Assembly (NCBI GenBank): GCA_013265495.1
Contig: MU058065.1
Span: 5,430,976-5,494,975 of the forward strand
Length of the DNA stretch: 64,000 bases
Direction of reading: 5' to 3'
DNA from: Vicugna vicugna
Taxonomy: Eukaryota
The notes beneath the pieces were generated by a model. That model was not told where the DNA came from and ran no database searches. It saw nothing but the letters and a program-made list of their open reading frames with translations. Below, piece after piece: positions 37,661 to 48,207 of the stretch. How positions within the stretch are numbered: position 1 is the first letter of the stretch; each line of letters opens with the position of its first letter. Both the position numbers and the translations under genes were made by a program.

Positions 37661-39342
37661 CTGTAGGCAGACTCTCTTCATCAACTGCAGCCAAAAAAGA
37701 GTAAGCTAAATATCCAAAAACTAACATTTAACTGTGAGATGTTCCTCACCTTACTCAGGGAGAAAATGTACAAATAATGGTAAATTTTTCCAAAAATTTC
37801 TCTTGATATAGTACCTTTATGTCTAATGCTAATTGGTAACCAAAAAAATCATTCAGCTGTAAAACATTTAATGGAATGTTCAATAATCAACATGTTTTTA
37901 AACAAATAATTCTTTTGGCAGATCAGATGCAAGGATTAAAAAAATAAGAAGTATCTAGTCAGCCAGTAAACCTTAAGATGTAAGATTATTCCTATAATGT
38001 ATTTACAAGGACTTACTTACTCATCTAGTGGACCCTCCATGGCATCCCTCGGAAGACAACTGCATAGTTTTATAGGCAATATTCTCACAAAGCTTATTCT
38101 GATGATAGCGTGAAAAGTGCCACGCTTAGAGAAAGGCTGAACCTCTGGGGTTGAGACCATTCCCCTGCACAAAGTGAACCAGAGAACTGAGGCAATTATC
38201 TGAGTAATTGCATCTCACCTTTCCTCCCTCATCTTATCTCAAGAAAAGCTGCAGAGAGCTCAGACAAAATGTTTTTTGTTTGTTTTTGCCTTTGTTTTTC
38301 ACATTCACTTAATTCTCCAGATAAATACATTATTTGCCCCATTACGCTGAGAAGGGCAAATGATCAAGTAATGTCTTCATATCTTTACCAGCTACTGGGG
38401 AAAAAAATAATCTGCAACTCTGCACCCAGGCAGTGTGACACATTTTTGTCAGTTTTCTTTTTCCCAGTGGGTGAAATTTAACCAATACTTTGTTAGTGAA
38501 GGTCTAGTCATTCCCCAGAGGAAAATTACAGGAGTGAAGATATAACCTCTGCCATGCCACACATGCGCTTAAAAGGATAGATTTCTAGGTCTAGCCACCG
38601 TTTTGAAATTAGGTTTTAAAAGGAATAGGTTTGTTGCTATGGATTTAAGGGGCAAAAGGGCCAACAATCACTTACAGTTCTCAGAAATAACAGTGAGCAA
38701 GAATATTTCCATCCTATTACAGCTCTGAAGAAAGATTTAAAAAACAACAACAAAAAAAAACCTCCCTGTTGGACAAAAGTGAAGTAACAACGGCCACAAA
38801 TGCTAACATTAACTTTGCATTATTGAGATTCACACACTCACGTCATTACCAAAGCAACCTCCAGATTAAAACAGACATAGCTGGTAGCTTGAAACTAATA
38901 GCAAAGAGCTGTCTGGCCATCACTCCATCAATTTCATCTCACGCTGATTTCCCCTGGCAGCTTCTTCCCGTATATTTCAACCAGCTGTAAAATCTGCCTT
39001 CTCCATCCTTTCTCCCTTTAAAGGAAAAGCCTGCCAGAGGATTCGGTGCATTAGGACAGACTTTATTAAACAACTTAATCCGTCTCTGCCTGCCTAGCAG
39101 AGCCTGGGGAGTCCTAATTAATCAATAAGCATTTATTGAGTGCTCCAGTGTGCATCGTAGTCCTGAGTCAGGCACTGCGGACCCTTCAGGACCTAGTTAG
39201 GAAAATGGAGCACACTGCCTCCTAGAGGGTTTCTTAACAGTGTGAGTTAGTATGTGGGGAAAAGGATGGAGCATCTGTTGAGGGCCTCCTGGCTACAAAT
39301 ACTGTGCTACGTTTCCTATATACATGATTATTTCACTTAATC

Positions 39343-39735
39343 TGTATTCCTCTGCTAGGGCTGCCATAAGAAAGTATCATGACTAGGTGGCTTACACAAC
39401 AGAAATTTATTTCCTCACAGTTCTGGAGGCTAGAAGTCCAAGATCAAGGTGTCGGCAGAGCTGGTCTTATTCTGAGGCCTGCCTCCTTGGCTTGCAGGTG
39501 GACATCTCCTCCTTGTTTTCACATGTCCTTCCTGTGCACACTCATACCTGTGTCCAAATTTCCTCTTCTTCTAAGAACACCAGTCCTATTGGATTAGAGC
39601 CCCCCTAAAGACCTCACATTAACTCAACTACCTTTTTAAAGACATTATCCCCAAATAGAGTCACATTCTCAGCTACTGGGAGTTAGGACTTCAACATACG
39701 AATTGTGGGGCACAGGGCACAACTTAGTCCATAAG
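39343..39735 (-). mobile_element. MaLR solo LTR, MLT1B-like
   Basis: CTAGGGCTGCCATAA...CACAGTTCTGGAGGCTAGAAGTCCAAGATCAAGGTGTC...TGTCCAAATTTCCTCTTCTT...GGACTTCAACATA. Confidence 0.88.
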
Positions 39736-39849
39736 TCCATAATACAATTCTACCATGGAGGTGAGAGAATATGTCAGATAGCACTCTGTCAGTTCAAAAC
39801 ACAAATGAGCCAACAAAGAAAACAGAAAAATCTGACTCTTGACTCAAAC

Positions 39850-40415
39850 TACGTTTTAGGATTAAGTTTGGTAGAAAATAACAACAAAAAATAACAGTGG
39901 CTCAAATGTAACAGAACTTTATTTCTTACTTGCAAAAAGACAAGAAATAGTCCAAAACTGAACTGGTGATCCACAGTGGCAGGGACCCAGGTATCTTCTG
40001 CAGTTTCCATTCCCAAGATCACCTCATGGTACAAGAGGGCTGCTGAAATCCCAACCATTAAGTCTATCATCCACTTTGTTGATTCTGTTCTCAGAAAGGC
40101 TCTCCCTTCACAATTGTAAGATAGCTGCAGCACACTCAGGCCTTATCTTCCCTAAGCTACAAATCCAGTCGGAAAGAGCAAGAACCTCTTATTTCTAGAA
40201 ATACAAGAAAAGTTACACTTGTGACCCATTGATCCTAAATTGGGTCACATGTGGTGGTCAAGGGAATATCATGTACTGATTGCCGTGAGTCTGGACACCT
40301 ACCTACCCCGGGCTGAGCGTGTGGCTGACATGAACTCCTGAGGGAAATTTCATTCAATGTTTTACTAGAAGGACAAACGGATGCTGTACAGGACACTGTA
40401 CACAATGTCCACAGA
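39850..40415 (-). mobile_element. Old MLT1 (J/K-like) LTR fragments
   Basis: AAATAACAGTGGCTCAAA...TTTATTTCT; ATTGGGTCACATGTG. Confidence 0.55.
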
Positions 40416-41892
40416 GCACTACCCACACTTTTCAGATAAATACACTGAGACTCAGAGACACTGTTACCTGCCCAGATACCCACACAACCGATGCAGCTAG
40501 GATTCAAACCCTTCTGTCTGACAGCAAAGTCCTTCCTCTGTTGCCTTAATAGATTTAAAGCCAGGGGATGTCACTATGGGATGGAGCAAGGGGTGAAGAC
40601 TTCATGGAAGAGGAGAGATAATGAATGATAGGAAAGACTTACATGCCAGGGAAATCAAAGTAAAAGCACCACAGGTGAGACTTTCTTTATATGAGTCGAT
40701 GCCTGGAGCGATGCCAGGGCACATCCAGCCACTGCGCCTAGGGTCAGTCTGCAAATTCCTTACATCATTAGTAAGTATTCTGCAGAAAAATGGCTTTCAG
40801 AGCCAAAAGGTTTGGGAGAAACCTGTCCCTATCCTCTTGGTAAGTCACAGGAAGCAAAAAATACAGGTTCTAAGAAGTCCTGAGTTGTCTCATTTGGCTT
40901 GACCAAACAAGGTTTATTCATTCCTCAAAGCTTTTATTTGTTGGTTGCTTAGTTTTGAACACCTATTAACATCTTTCATATTCAAGATATCAAGGTTCTT
41001 TAAAATGCACTTCAGGAAACGAATTGCTCATTTAATCCAAAGCTTGAGTTTCCAGAAGAGGAAACCAAGGTTCAGGGAAGTTAAGGGATGTTGCCAAAGT
41101 TGTCTAACAGGTGAGCAGCAGCTCCAAGACAAGGACCCAGGCATCCTCACTCCCAAACCGTTTGTACTAACGTGCATGTGGGTGGTCGCTTTCAAAGTCC
41201 TTTCATATGAAATTATCTTATTATTTTGAGCATGACGAAACTAAGCTTAACGTTGTTCTCATTTAACATTTCAGTTTTCATCTAAGTAGATAAGCAGTTC
41301 CCGCATTTCCAAGAACTGGGCGGGGGGGGTGTCCATCCACAGGCTCTTGCATGCACTAACATCAGAGACAAAGGCACTCAGAGTTAAATCACTCCTACGG
41401 CCATTTAGTCAATATAGCGCTAGGAACTATTTCTGTGTCCTCCCTTTCCTCTGTAGGTTTTGAGTAGATATATTAATCGATCAAGAAAGAAATGTTTATT
41501 GAGTGTTTACTATGCTCTCAGAACTGTTTGAGACCCTGTGGGGCACACAAAACAACTATAAATCAATTCAGTGATTATATATTGAATATTTACTATGTGA
41601 GAAGCCCTGTACTAAATATTATGGGAGGTACAAAGTTAAACAAGCTGCTGATCCTTTCTCAAGAAGTTTACTATCTAACAAAGGATGTAAGTGCTCATAT
41701 AAGTGCTCGAATAAATACAATGAATAGCAACATATGATCATAGAAAGAAACTTTGTTTATGGAGGGAGAAACATTAAGCTGAAGTTGAAGCATCAGATCC
41801 AACTGCACTGGCTCCTCTCTGCAGGTGAGAAACGTGAAGTTATAAAAGCCGCTGGGCTCCTGATTTTGCAGCTGAATGCAGGAAAGCCTCTA

Positions 41893-42070
41893 ACAGAGGT
41901 TCTTAACCCAGACTGCAAATTGGAATCACCTGGGGGAGATTTTCAAACACAGATGTCTGAGGTTCCATCCCTGACTAAATGAATCAGAATCTTGGGGCTT
42001 CGGGCATTAGGACTGTATTTTCTTTTTAAAGCTTATCCAGGTGGCTTTGGTGTGGTCAGGATTGAAAGCT
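41893..42070. mobile_element. MER5-type hAT MITE
   Basis: CAGAGGTTCTTAACC...TGGAATCACCTGGGG...AATGAATCAGAATCT. Confidence 0.75.
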
Positions 42071-42401
42071 GCTGGCCAGCTTTGCAGCAGGCAAGGTGTG
42101 TGGGGTGGGGGGGAGGACCAGGCAAGCTGGGGTAGACAGAAACAGGGAGGTAGCTGGACCTGAGGACCATGGCAGAGGAAGAATCAGGGTCCTGATGAGA
42201 GGCTGGGTACTCGGAGTTAGCATCAAAGATGACTTCAAGACATAAGCAATAAAGCCTAGAACTGGAGAGTGTGCTGGGCAAAAAGGTAAGGGTTCAAAAG
42301 GAGAGTCGAACAACATGGGTCAGGTCTCCTTTGAGTCTTTTACAATGGTTTAGGGAGCAGCCTTCTCCAGGGCACTCATCCTGATCCCCCAAATAGTTTT
42401 T

Positions 42402-42523
42402 GACTTCTGGTGGGAGGTAATTAGGCTTATTTATTTTTTAGATGGAGGTGCTGGGGATTGAACTCAGGACCTCATGAATGCTAAGTACACACTCTACCAC
42501 TGAGCTATATACCCTCTCTCCCT
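42402..42523 (-). mobile_element. Vic-1-type camelid tRNA-derived SINE
   Basis: Minus strand GGG...TATAGCTCAGTGGTAGAG (A box)...GAGTTCAATCCCCAGCACCTCC (B box)...AAATAAGCCTAATTACCTCCC; 15-bp TSD CCCCAAATAGTTTTT (42387-42401) / CCCCAGATAGTTTTT (42524-42538). Confidence 0.88.
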
Positions 42524-42744
42524 CCCCAGATAGTTTTTAGAGCACCTTACAGGCCATAATTGTGTAGAGATTCCACAATCACTGCTCTGCAGCATTTTCC
42601 TTTTTTTCAGTTGAAGCAACATTGGTTTACAACATTACATAAGTTTCATTTGTACAATATTATAATTCACCTTCTTATATATTACTTCTGTATATGTTCC
42701 AAACATAACTGGGAATCCTGAAATAATAATTGCACAAAAGGCTA

Positions 42745-42910
42745 TGAGCTAGTGTTTACTGTGCACCAGGGTTGCACGAACACTTTGGCTATAATATCTC
42801 ATCTAATCCTCCCAACACTCCCACCAAACAAGCATAATTGTTATCCTTTCATAAATGAGGAAACCGAGACACAGGAAGTTAAGGAACTTGCTGGAGTTTC
42901 CACATCTCAT
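42745..42910 (-). mobile_element. MIR SINE
   Basis: ATCTCATCTAATCCTCCCAACA...ATAAATGAGGAAACCGAGACACAG. Confidence 0.75.
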
Positions 42911-44067
42911 GACTAAAAGGACTAAAATGTTGTGAATTGATCAAACGAAAGTTTGAGTCTCCTTATTTGCCTTTGTCAAAACACACTGGATATAGCGTCT
43001 TCGTGGCCTAGTGTTTGTTGACTGAATTTAGAAATTTCTACTGGGGCCAGAAACTTGAGCTAAGTAGGATCCAAGATCCAGAAGACGTCCGGAGCTGGTG
43101 AGATGCAAACAGGGAGCCCCAGAGGATTCTGAACGGGAAACATGTATAATATCATTTCATTTTCACAACTCTGAAGTTCAGAGAAGTGAAAACTCTTGCC
43201 CAAGCACCACTGGAAAAAGAGGTAAAGGTGGGATTTGAGCCCGGGTTGATCTGAATCTGAAAATGTGTTTTTACATCAGAACCGTGCACTGCCCTCAACA
43301 TACCTAGGACAAACCTAGGACCCTGACCTCATGAGCAAGTGTCAACCAGTAATCCCCCTGATATGTTTCTCTATCCCTCCCCCTCCACCCCACCAGCCCC
43401 AGCGTAGACTCCCAGCTCTGTCCACTCCCACCTGCCCCACCCTATAGGGGCAGAACCCTGGCTCTGGTTCCAGCTGTAGGACAACCTCACCTTTCTAAAA
43501 AGGCCAGTAAATGGCTTCAGGTGGCAACTGGGACAGACGGCCTCCCCAGGCATGTGGAAAATGTAACTGGGAACAAAAACCTGAGAGAATTCCTCGGCAG
43601 TGCTGACAGCCAGTGGGCACACAGAAGGCACTTCACGTTGTGGAAAAGGATTAGACTTCGTCAGCATCCACACGCCAAGGTGTAACTGACTAGTCTTGTT
43701 GTGTGGGGCAGAAAGCAGGGAGGCCCGGCACCCACCAGCTGCTCCATCATTCCCGGGTTCAGCCATACACGGGCTGACTCAAGGCCAGCCAGGCAGTATC
43801 CAGCCTGCCACCAGCTGCTGTCAAACCAGCTGGCTGCAAGAAGAAGGGACTGGCCAGAGCCTTCAAGAAGAGGAAACATACCCATCTCATCTCACCAGTG
43901 CCCTACAACAGATGCAGTTGGGCTACACACAGAAACAAGTGCAGGACCCCTCTGCCAAGGTATACATACGGTGGAGCGGGCACGGGAAGGGATTGTCCCT
44001 GGTGTGCTTACAATGGCATCTGCAAAACAGCTCATTAATCACCCCACCGGGGGACACCAGCAAAACC

Positions 44068-44712
44068 ATCTGGCCCCCTGCTACTCAACGTGTGGGCCCC
44101 AGCGCGGCGGCAGCAGCTTCACCTAGGAGCTAGTTAGAAATGCAGGCTCTCAGCCCCTTCCCCAGACCTACTGAATCAGAATCTGCATTTCACCAAACTC
44201 CCCAGGTGGCTGTGAGGCAGGCTGGGACCTGGGGTCTGGGACCCTAGGCTGCAATGCTCGCAGTGGGACTGAACAACAGAACACAGAGAAACTATAAAGG
44301 ACTAAAAGTAACAGAGCATGCCCAGTTAGGGGGAATTATGAGCAATAAGATACAAAAAGGCCAAAACCCAACTGCCGCTTCTGAAGTGTCAGGAGCAAAA
44401 GCAGGGTACCCAGAGCAGAAGCAGGATACTGCGCATGATCCCTGCACACAGCACCACCAAGGGGGGTGGGCAGACCATGAAGCCACCCCCGGACCTGCCC
44501 CTACCCTCACCCCATTTAAGGAGCCAGCTTGCCCCACCTCAGGGAACAAGCAAGGGAAACTTACTTGCTTTCACTCCCTCGTGCTGCAATACCAGTCTCA
44601 ATAAAGCCTTGCATGAATTTCTCATCTGGCCTCCTGTCAATTTCTGGTGATGAAGGAGGCCAAGATCCTTGGTCGATGACAACTGTATGCACATGAAACT
44701 TTGAGAAGCACT
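44068..44712. mobile_element. MER5A hAT MITE split by an LTR
   Basis: GTTAGAAATGCAG...CCCAGACCTACTGAATCAGAATCTGCATTT...CCCCAGGTG | GTATGCACATGAAACTTTGAGAAGCACTG. Confidence 0.85.
44211..44681 (+). mobile_element. ERV1-type solo LTR, probably artiodactyl-lineage
   Basis: TG...CA termini exactly interrupting MER5A; AATAAA at 44600-44605 followed by GCCTTGC; internal duplicated GAGCARAAGCAGG motif. Confidence 0.75.
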
Positions 44713-44849
44713 GATCTAGAGCACTGCTCATGTTTAACAGATGAGGAAACAGCTCTAAAGAGGTGAAGGGGCTTTCTCCGTGGTCCCATGGCTAAACCAT
44801 GGTAGACCTCAGATGGGTAATATCTCACACATGCACTGCTTTCCCTTAT

Positions 44850-45005
44850 GGTCAATCATTTAATTCTCAAAACAGCTGCATGAAGTGGGCAGGGCAGGAA
44901 TATTATCCCCATTTTACTGATAAGGAAACTGAGGTACAGAGGTATTTAGTAACTTACCCAAGGATACACAGGAATTGGCAGAGCCAGGATTCAAGCCAGG
45001 GGATT
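44850..45005 (-). mobile_element. MIR SINE
   Basis: TATTATCCCCATTTTACTGATAAGGAAACTGAGGTACAGAGG...GGCAGAGCCAGGATTCAA. Confidence 0.85.
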
Positions 45006-45032
45006 CTACCTTATTTTGTTCAGCATCCTGGG

Positions 45033-45775
45033 CCAAGGGTCCACAGATTTTTTTTCTATAAAGGTCCAGATACCAAATGTTTTAAACTTTGTGGACCATT
45101 CAGTCTCCATCATGACTATTCAACTCTGTCACTGTAGCAGGAAAGCCATCATACACAATAAACAAATGGGCAACCTAAATGTCCACTGACAGATGACTAG
45201 ATAAAGAAGTTGTGGTATATTCATACAACGGAATACTACTCAGCCATAAAAAAGAATAAGATAATGCTATTTGCAGCAACATGGATAGAACTAGAGATCA
45301 TCATTCTAAGTGAAGTAAGCCAGAAAGAGAAAGAAAAATACCATATGATATCACTCATACGTGGAATCTAAAAAAAAATAGAACACTATGAACTCATCTA
45401 CAAAATAGACACAAACTCACAGACATAGTAAACAATCTTATGGTTACCAGGGAAAGGGGGTGGGAAGGGATAAATTTGGGAGTTTGAGATTTACAAATGT
45501 CAGCCACTATATATAAAAACAGATTTTTTAAAAAGTTTTTTCTGTATAGCACAGGGAACTATGTTCAATATCATTTAATGAAAAAATATGAAAATGAATA
45601 TATGTTTGTATATGCATGACTGGGACATTGTGCTGTACACCAGAAATTGACACACTGTAATTGTACTTTAATTAAATAAATTAAGAAACAAATGGGTGTG
45701 ACTATGTTATAATAAAACTTAATTTATAAAAACAGGCAGTGGGCCAGATTTGGCTATAGTCTGATGAGACTTGCA
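45033..45775. mobile_element. MER58A split by L1
   Basis: TTTTTCTATAAAGGTCCAGATA...TATTCAACTCTG | AATAAAACTT...AAAACAGGCAGTGGGCCAGATTTGGC. Confidence 0.85.
45171..45685 (+). mobile_element. 5'-truncated camelid-type L1 (ORF2 end + 3' UTR)
   Basis: CAACCTAAATGTCCACTGACAGATG...GTGGAATCTAAAA...GCTGTACACCAGAAATTGACAC; perfect 11-bp TSD AAACAAATGGG (45160-45170; 45686-45696). Confidence 0.92.
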
Positions 45776-47774
45776 TCATATTACTCAATCTACAAGACGG
45801 TAATCTCTATGTCAGCCTTCCTATCCTATTGAAGAGTCATTGAAGGGAGGAAGGAGTGAGGGGGGGCTTTGTCCCCTCCAGGGAAAGCATCTCACATAGC
45901 ACAGGGAATTTGTCTGGGGAGAGGGAGGCTTTTATTCTGGTCCAGAGGAGGGTTGAGCAAAACTAGGTAGACTTTACCAAGGATGCTATGTATTGTGCAG
46001 GATACACCCTGAGGGAGCTTCAGGCGGCCCAAAATCCTGCCTCCTCTCTGCTCAGTGAGCTAAGACCCTCGCTTAGGACATACCAGCTGGAGAGAAGCAA
46101 GCCCTTTGCTAACTGCTCTGTCCAGAGGGGGCCCTTTCTGCAAACTCCCTCCTAGAGGGGGTGCCTTTTCTACTCTGTGTGAAGGAACTTTGGGCTGGCA
46201 GCAGACCCCAGTACCTCCAGGTCCCACTACAGGCTGAGATCCCTCCCCAAAAGCATTCTTGCAACAAAGGCCTGCCACAGCTGCTTGGCAAACACGCTTG
46301 TGTTGCAGAAAAGGGCAGAGAGACAAAAGGAGTGAAACCCCAGTAAGCAACGTCTGACTCGGGAAACAAAGCTGGGGACCATCCTTTAATGTGTGCGTTC
46401 ATTAATGTTCCCGTCAATTTTAAACACTGGGGTAGAGTTTCCAGACTTTGCAGATCATTTAAAAGCTTAAGGGATTATCAAACCAGTCATTTAAAATGAC
46501 ATTTTCACTGCGCAAATATTATTCTATTAAAGAGCGTGCATGGCACAAGCCGGGATCAGCTTTGGCAGGGGTACAGGGCCTTCCTCCATTGCAAACCCCA
46601 CTGCTTCCTCATAAAGCTGTCAAGCCCCCGCTTAATGAAACATACATAAACGCAATGATGTTAGCCATGTCATAGCAAGCTAATTCATTTTGGCTTTTTC
46701 CCCGTTGCGCTACCCTATTAAGGCATTTATCAATGTATCCTCTTAAGATTACCCCCAGCAGGTCTGCCATTGGCCTGAGGAGAGGAAATCCAAGAAAGTG
46801 TTTAATTTCCAAACAGGTCAAACATCTTAAATAAATAAATAACCAACGGACCTGGTTTGCATGTAATGGCACCATGCACAAGGCAGACCGTTGGGGTTTT
46901 ATTAGGAAAGAGACACTGTAAGCTTAATAAACATGCCTGATCTCTTCCCAAGGTCCTTTGACCTGATAGAGAGCTGCCTTCAGCTCTTGGTGGCTGGGGA
47001 GGTTTTCTTCTTTAACTACCAAGTTACTAAAGAAGCAGCTACCTGGCGTGGGCAGGGTTTAGGAAAACCCTCGTTCAGCTCAGTTTCCAGTTTTTCACAA
47101 CGTGTATCTGTATGGCCTTCCTGGCTCTGCCATTCCCAGCGTTCATGGGGCTTGCCCGGGTAGTCTGGGAGGAACAGAGAGGCCTTTTAGTGTAGGTTTT
47201 TCCCCAGTCCAGGGAGACAAAAATGATTCTGATGGAAAATGTGGAAGCCTTCACAGACCCAGAACCCTCCAGGGCTCAGATCCTGGGAGACAGCAGTGCG
47301 AGAGGCCTGGCAAAATGATCTACCCCTGGGAGTCCACAAAGCCAGGGAAGAGGATTATTCACCACCAGTGTCAGAGGTGCTGGGCTGGAGCCACCCCGAA
47401 AGGTCCCATGTCCTTTTTAAGGGTAAATAAGAGTACATAACTTCTCAGGAAAACAACTATTTCCAGAGACATTTTTCTTGCAATAAAATTACTTCCCTGA
47501 GGAAAATTCACAAATTGGCCCAAATGACTGGATGTCACTATTTTCAGCCACAGAAATCTGCTTACGTCAATGACAAGCTATAAATACCGAGCCACTCGGG
47601 AGTAGCTTTTACAACAATTCCACCCCTGACTGGGCCTTGGCAGTTGGGGCCTAGGAAGAAAGAGTTCTGGAGGAAATCTGTAAGCCCTGGTGTTCCCGAG
47701 GGGACAGGACAGATTCTCATCAATCTTTCACCTTCCTCTCTCTTCTGTCCCCATTCCAGCCACCAGCCCAGACA

Positions 47775-47827
47775 TACACACACACACACACCCACCCACA
47801 CACACACACCCACCCACACACACACAC
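47775..47827. repeat. Compound (CA)n/(CACC)n microsatellite
   Basis: Seen directly. Confidence 0.9.
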
Positions 47828-47974
47828 CAATGCTGTGTGCTGCGTATGACACCTGACTCGGGCCTCCTCTTCAGGGACAGCCTGGCATCTTGGCAGGAAT
47901 GCTGTGGATCTCAGGGGAAATGCCTGCTTAACCTGCTCATCGAGGGGCCACTCCTGCCCTTTTAGAGAAAGAAG

Positions 47975-48207
47975 TATTTCCTAGGATGCACCTGTGCAAC
48001 AAAGGGTCCTGTAATTGGGGGAGTAAAAGCCTATCTCTTTCCAGGTGGTTCAAAACAAATTCGCTTATTAAAGGCTCTGTAAAGTCTTGCAGTAAAGATA
48101 CTTGTTAAATTTTGTCTGACCTAGCACTTGGCGATTTTATTTGACTACCGAACATTTTATTTAAGGAACGTTGCTTACTGCGAAACACAGTCTTAGCAAA
48201 CACTGAT
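47975..48207. mobile_element. MER112-like hAT-Charlie relic
   Basis: AAAGGCTCTGTAAAGTCTTGCAGTAAAGA...TTATTTGAC...GAAACACAG...AAACACTG. Confidence 0.6.

Noticed and set aside
42440..42523. tRNA gene (A/B boxes on minus strand)
   Set aside because: An AT-rich tail and 15-bp TSD show it is a SINE; there is no intact acceptor stem
43371..44133. Cluster of overlapping 130-145 aa ORFs on both strands
   Set aside because: GC-richer stretch with few stops; no homology recognised, non-ATG starts, and the 3' part runs into MER5A
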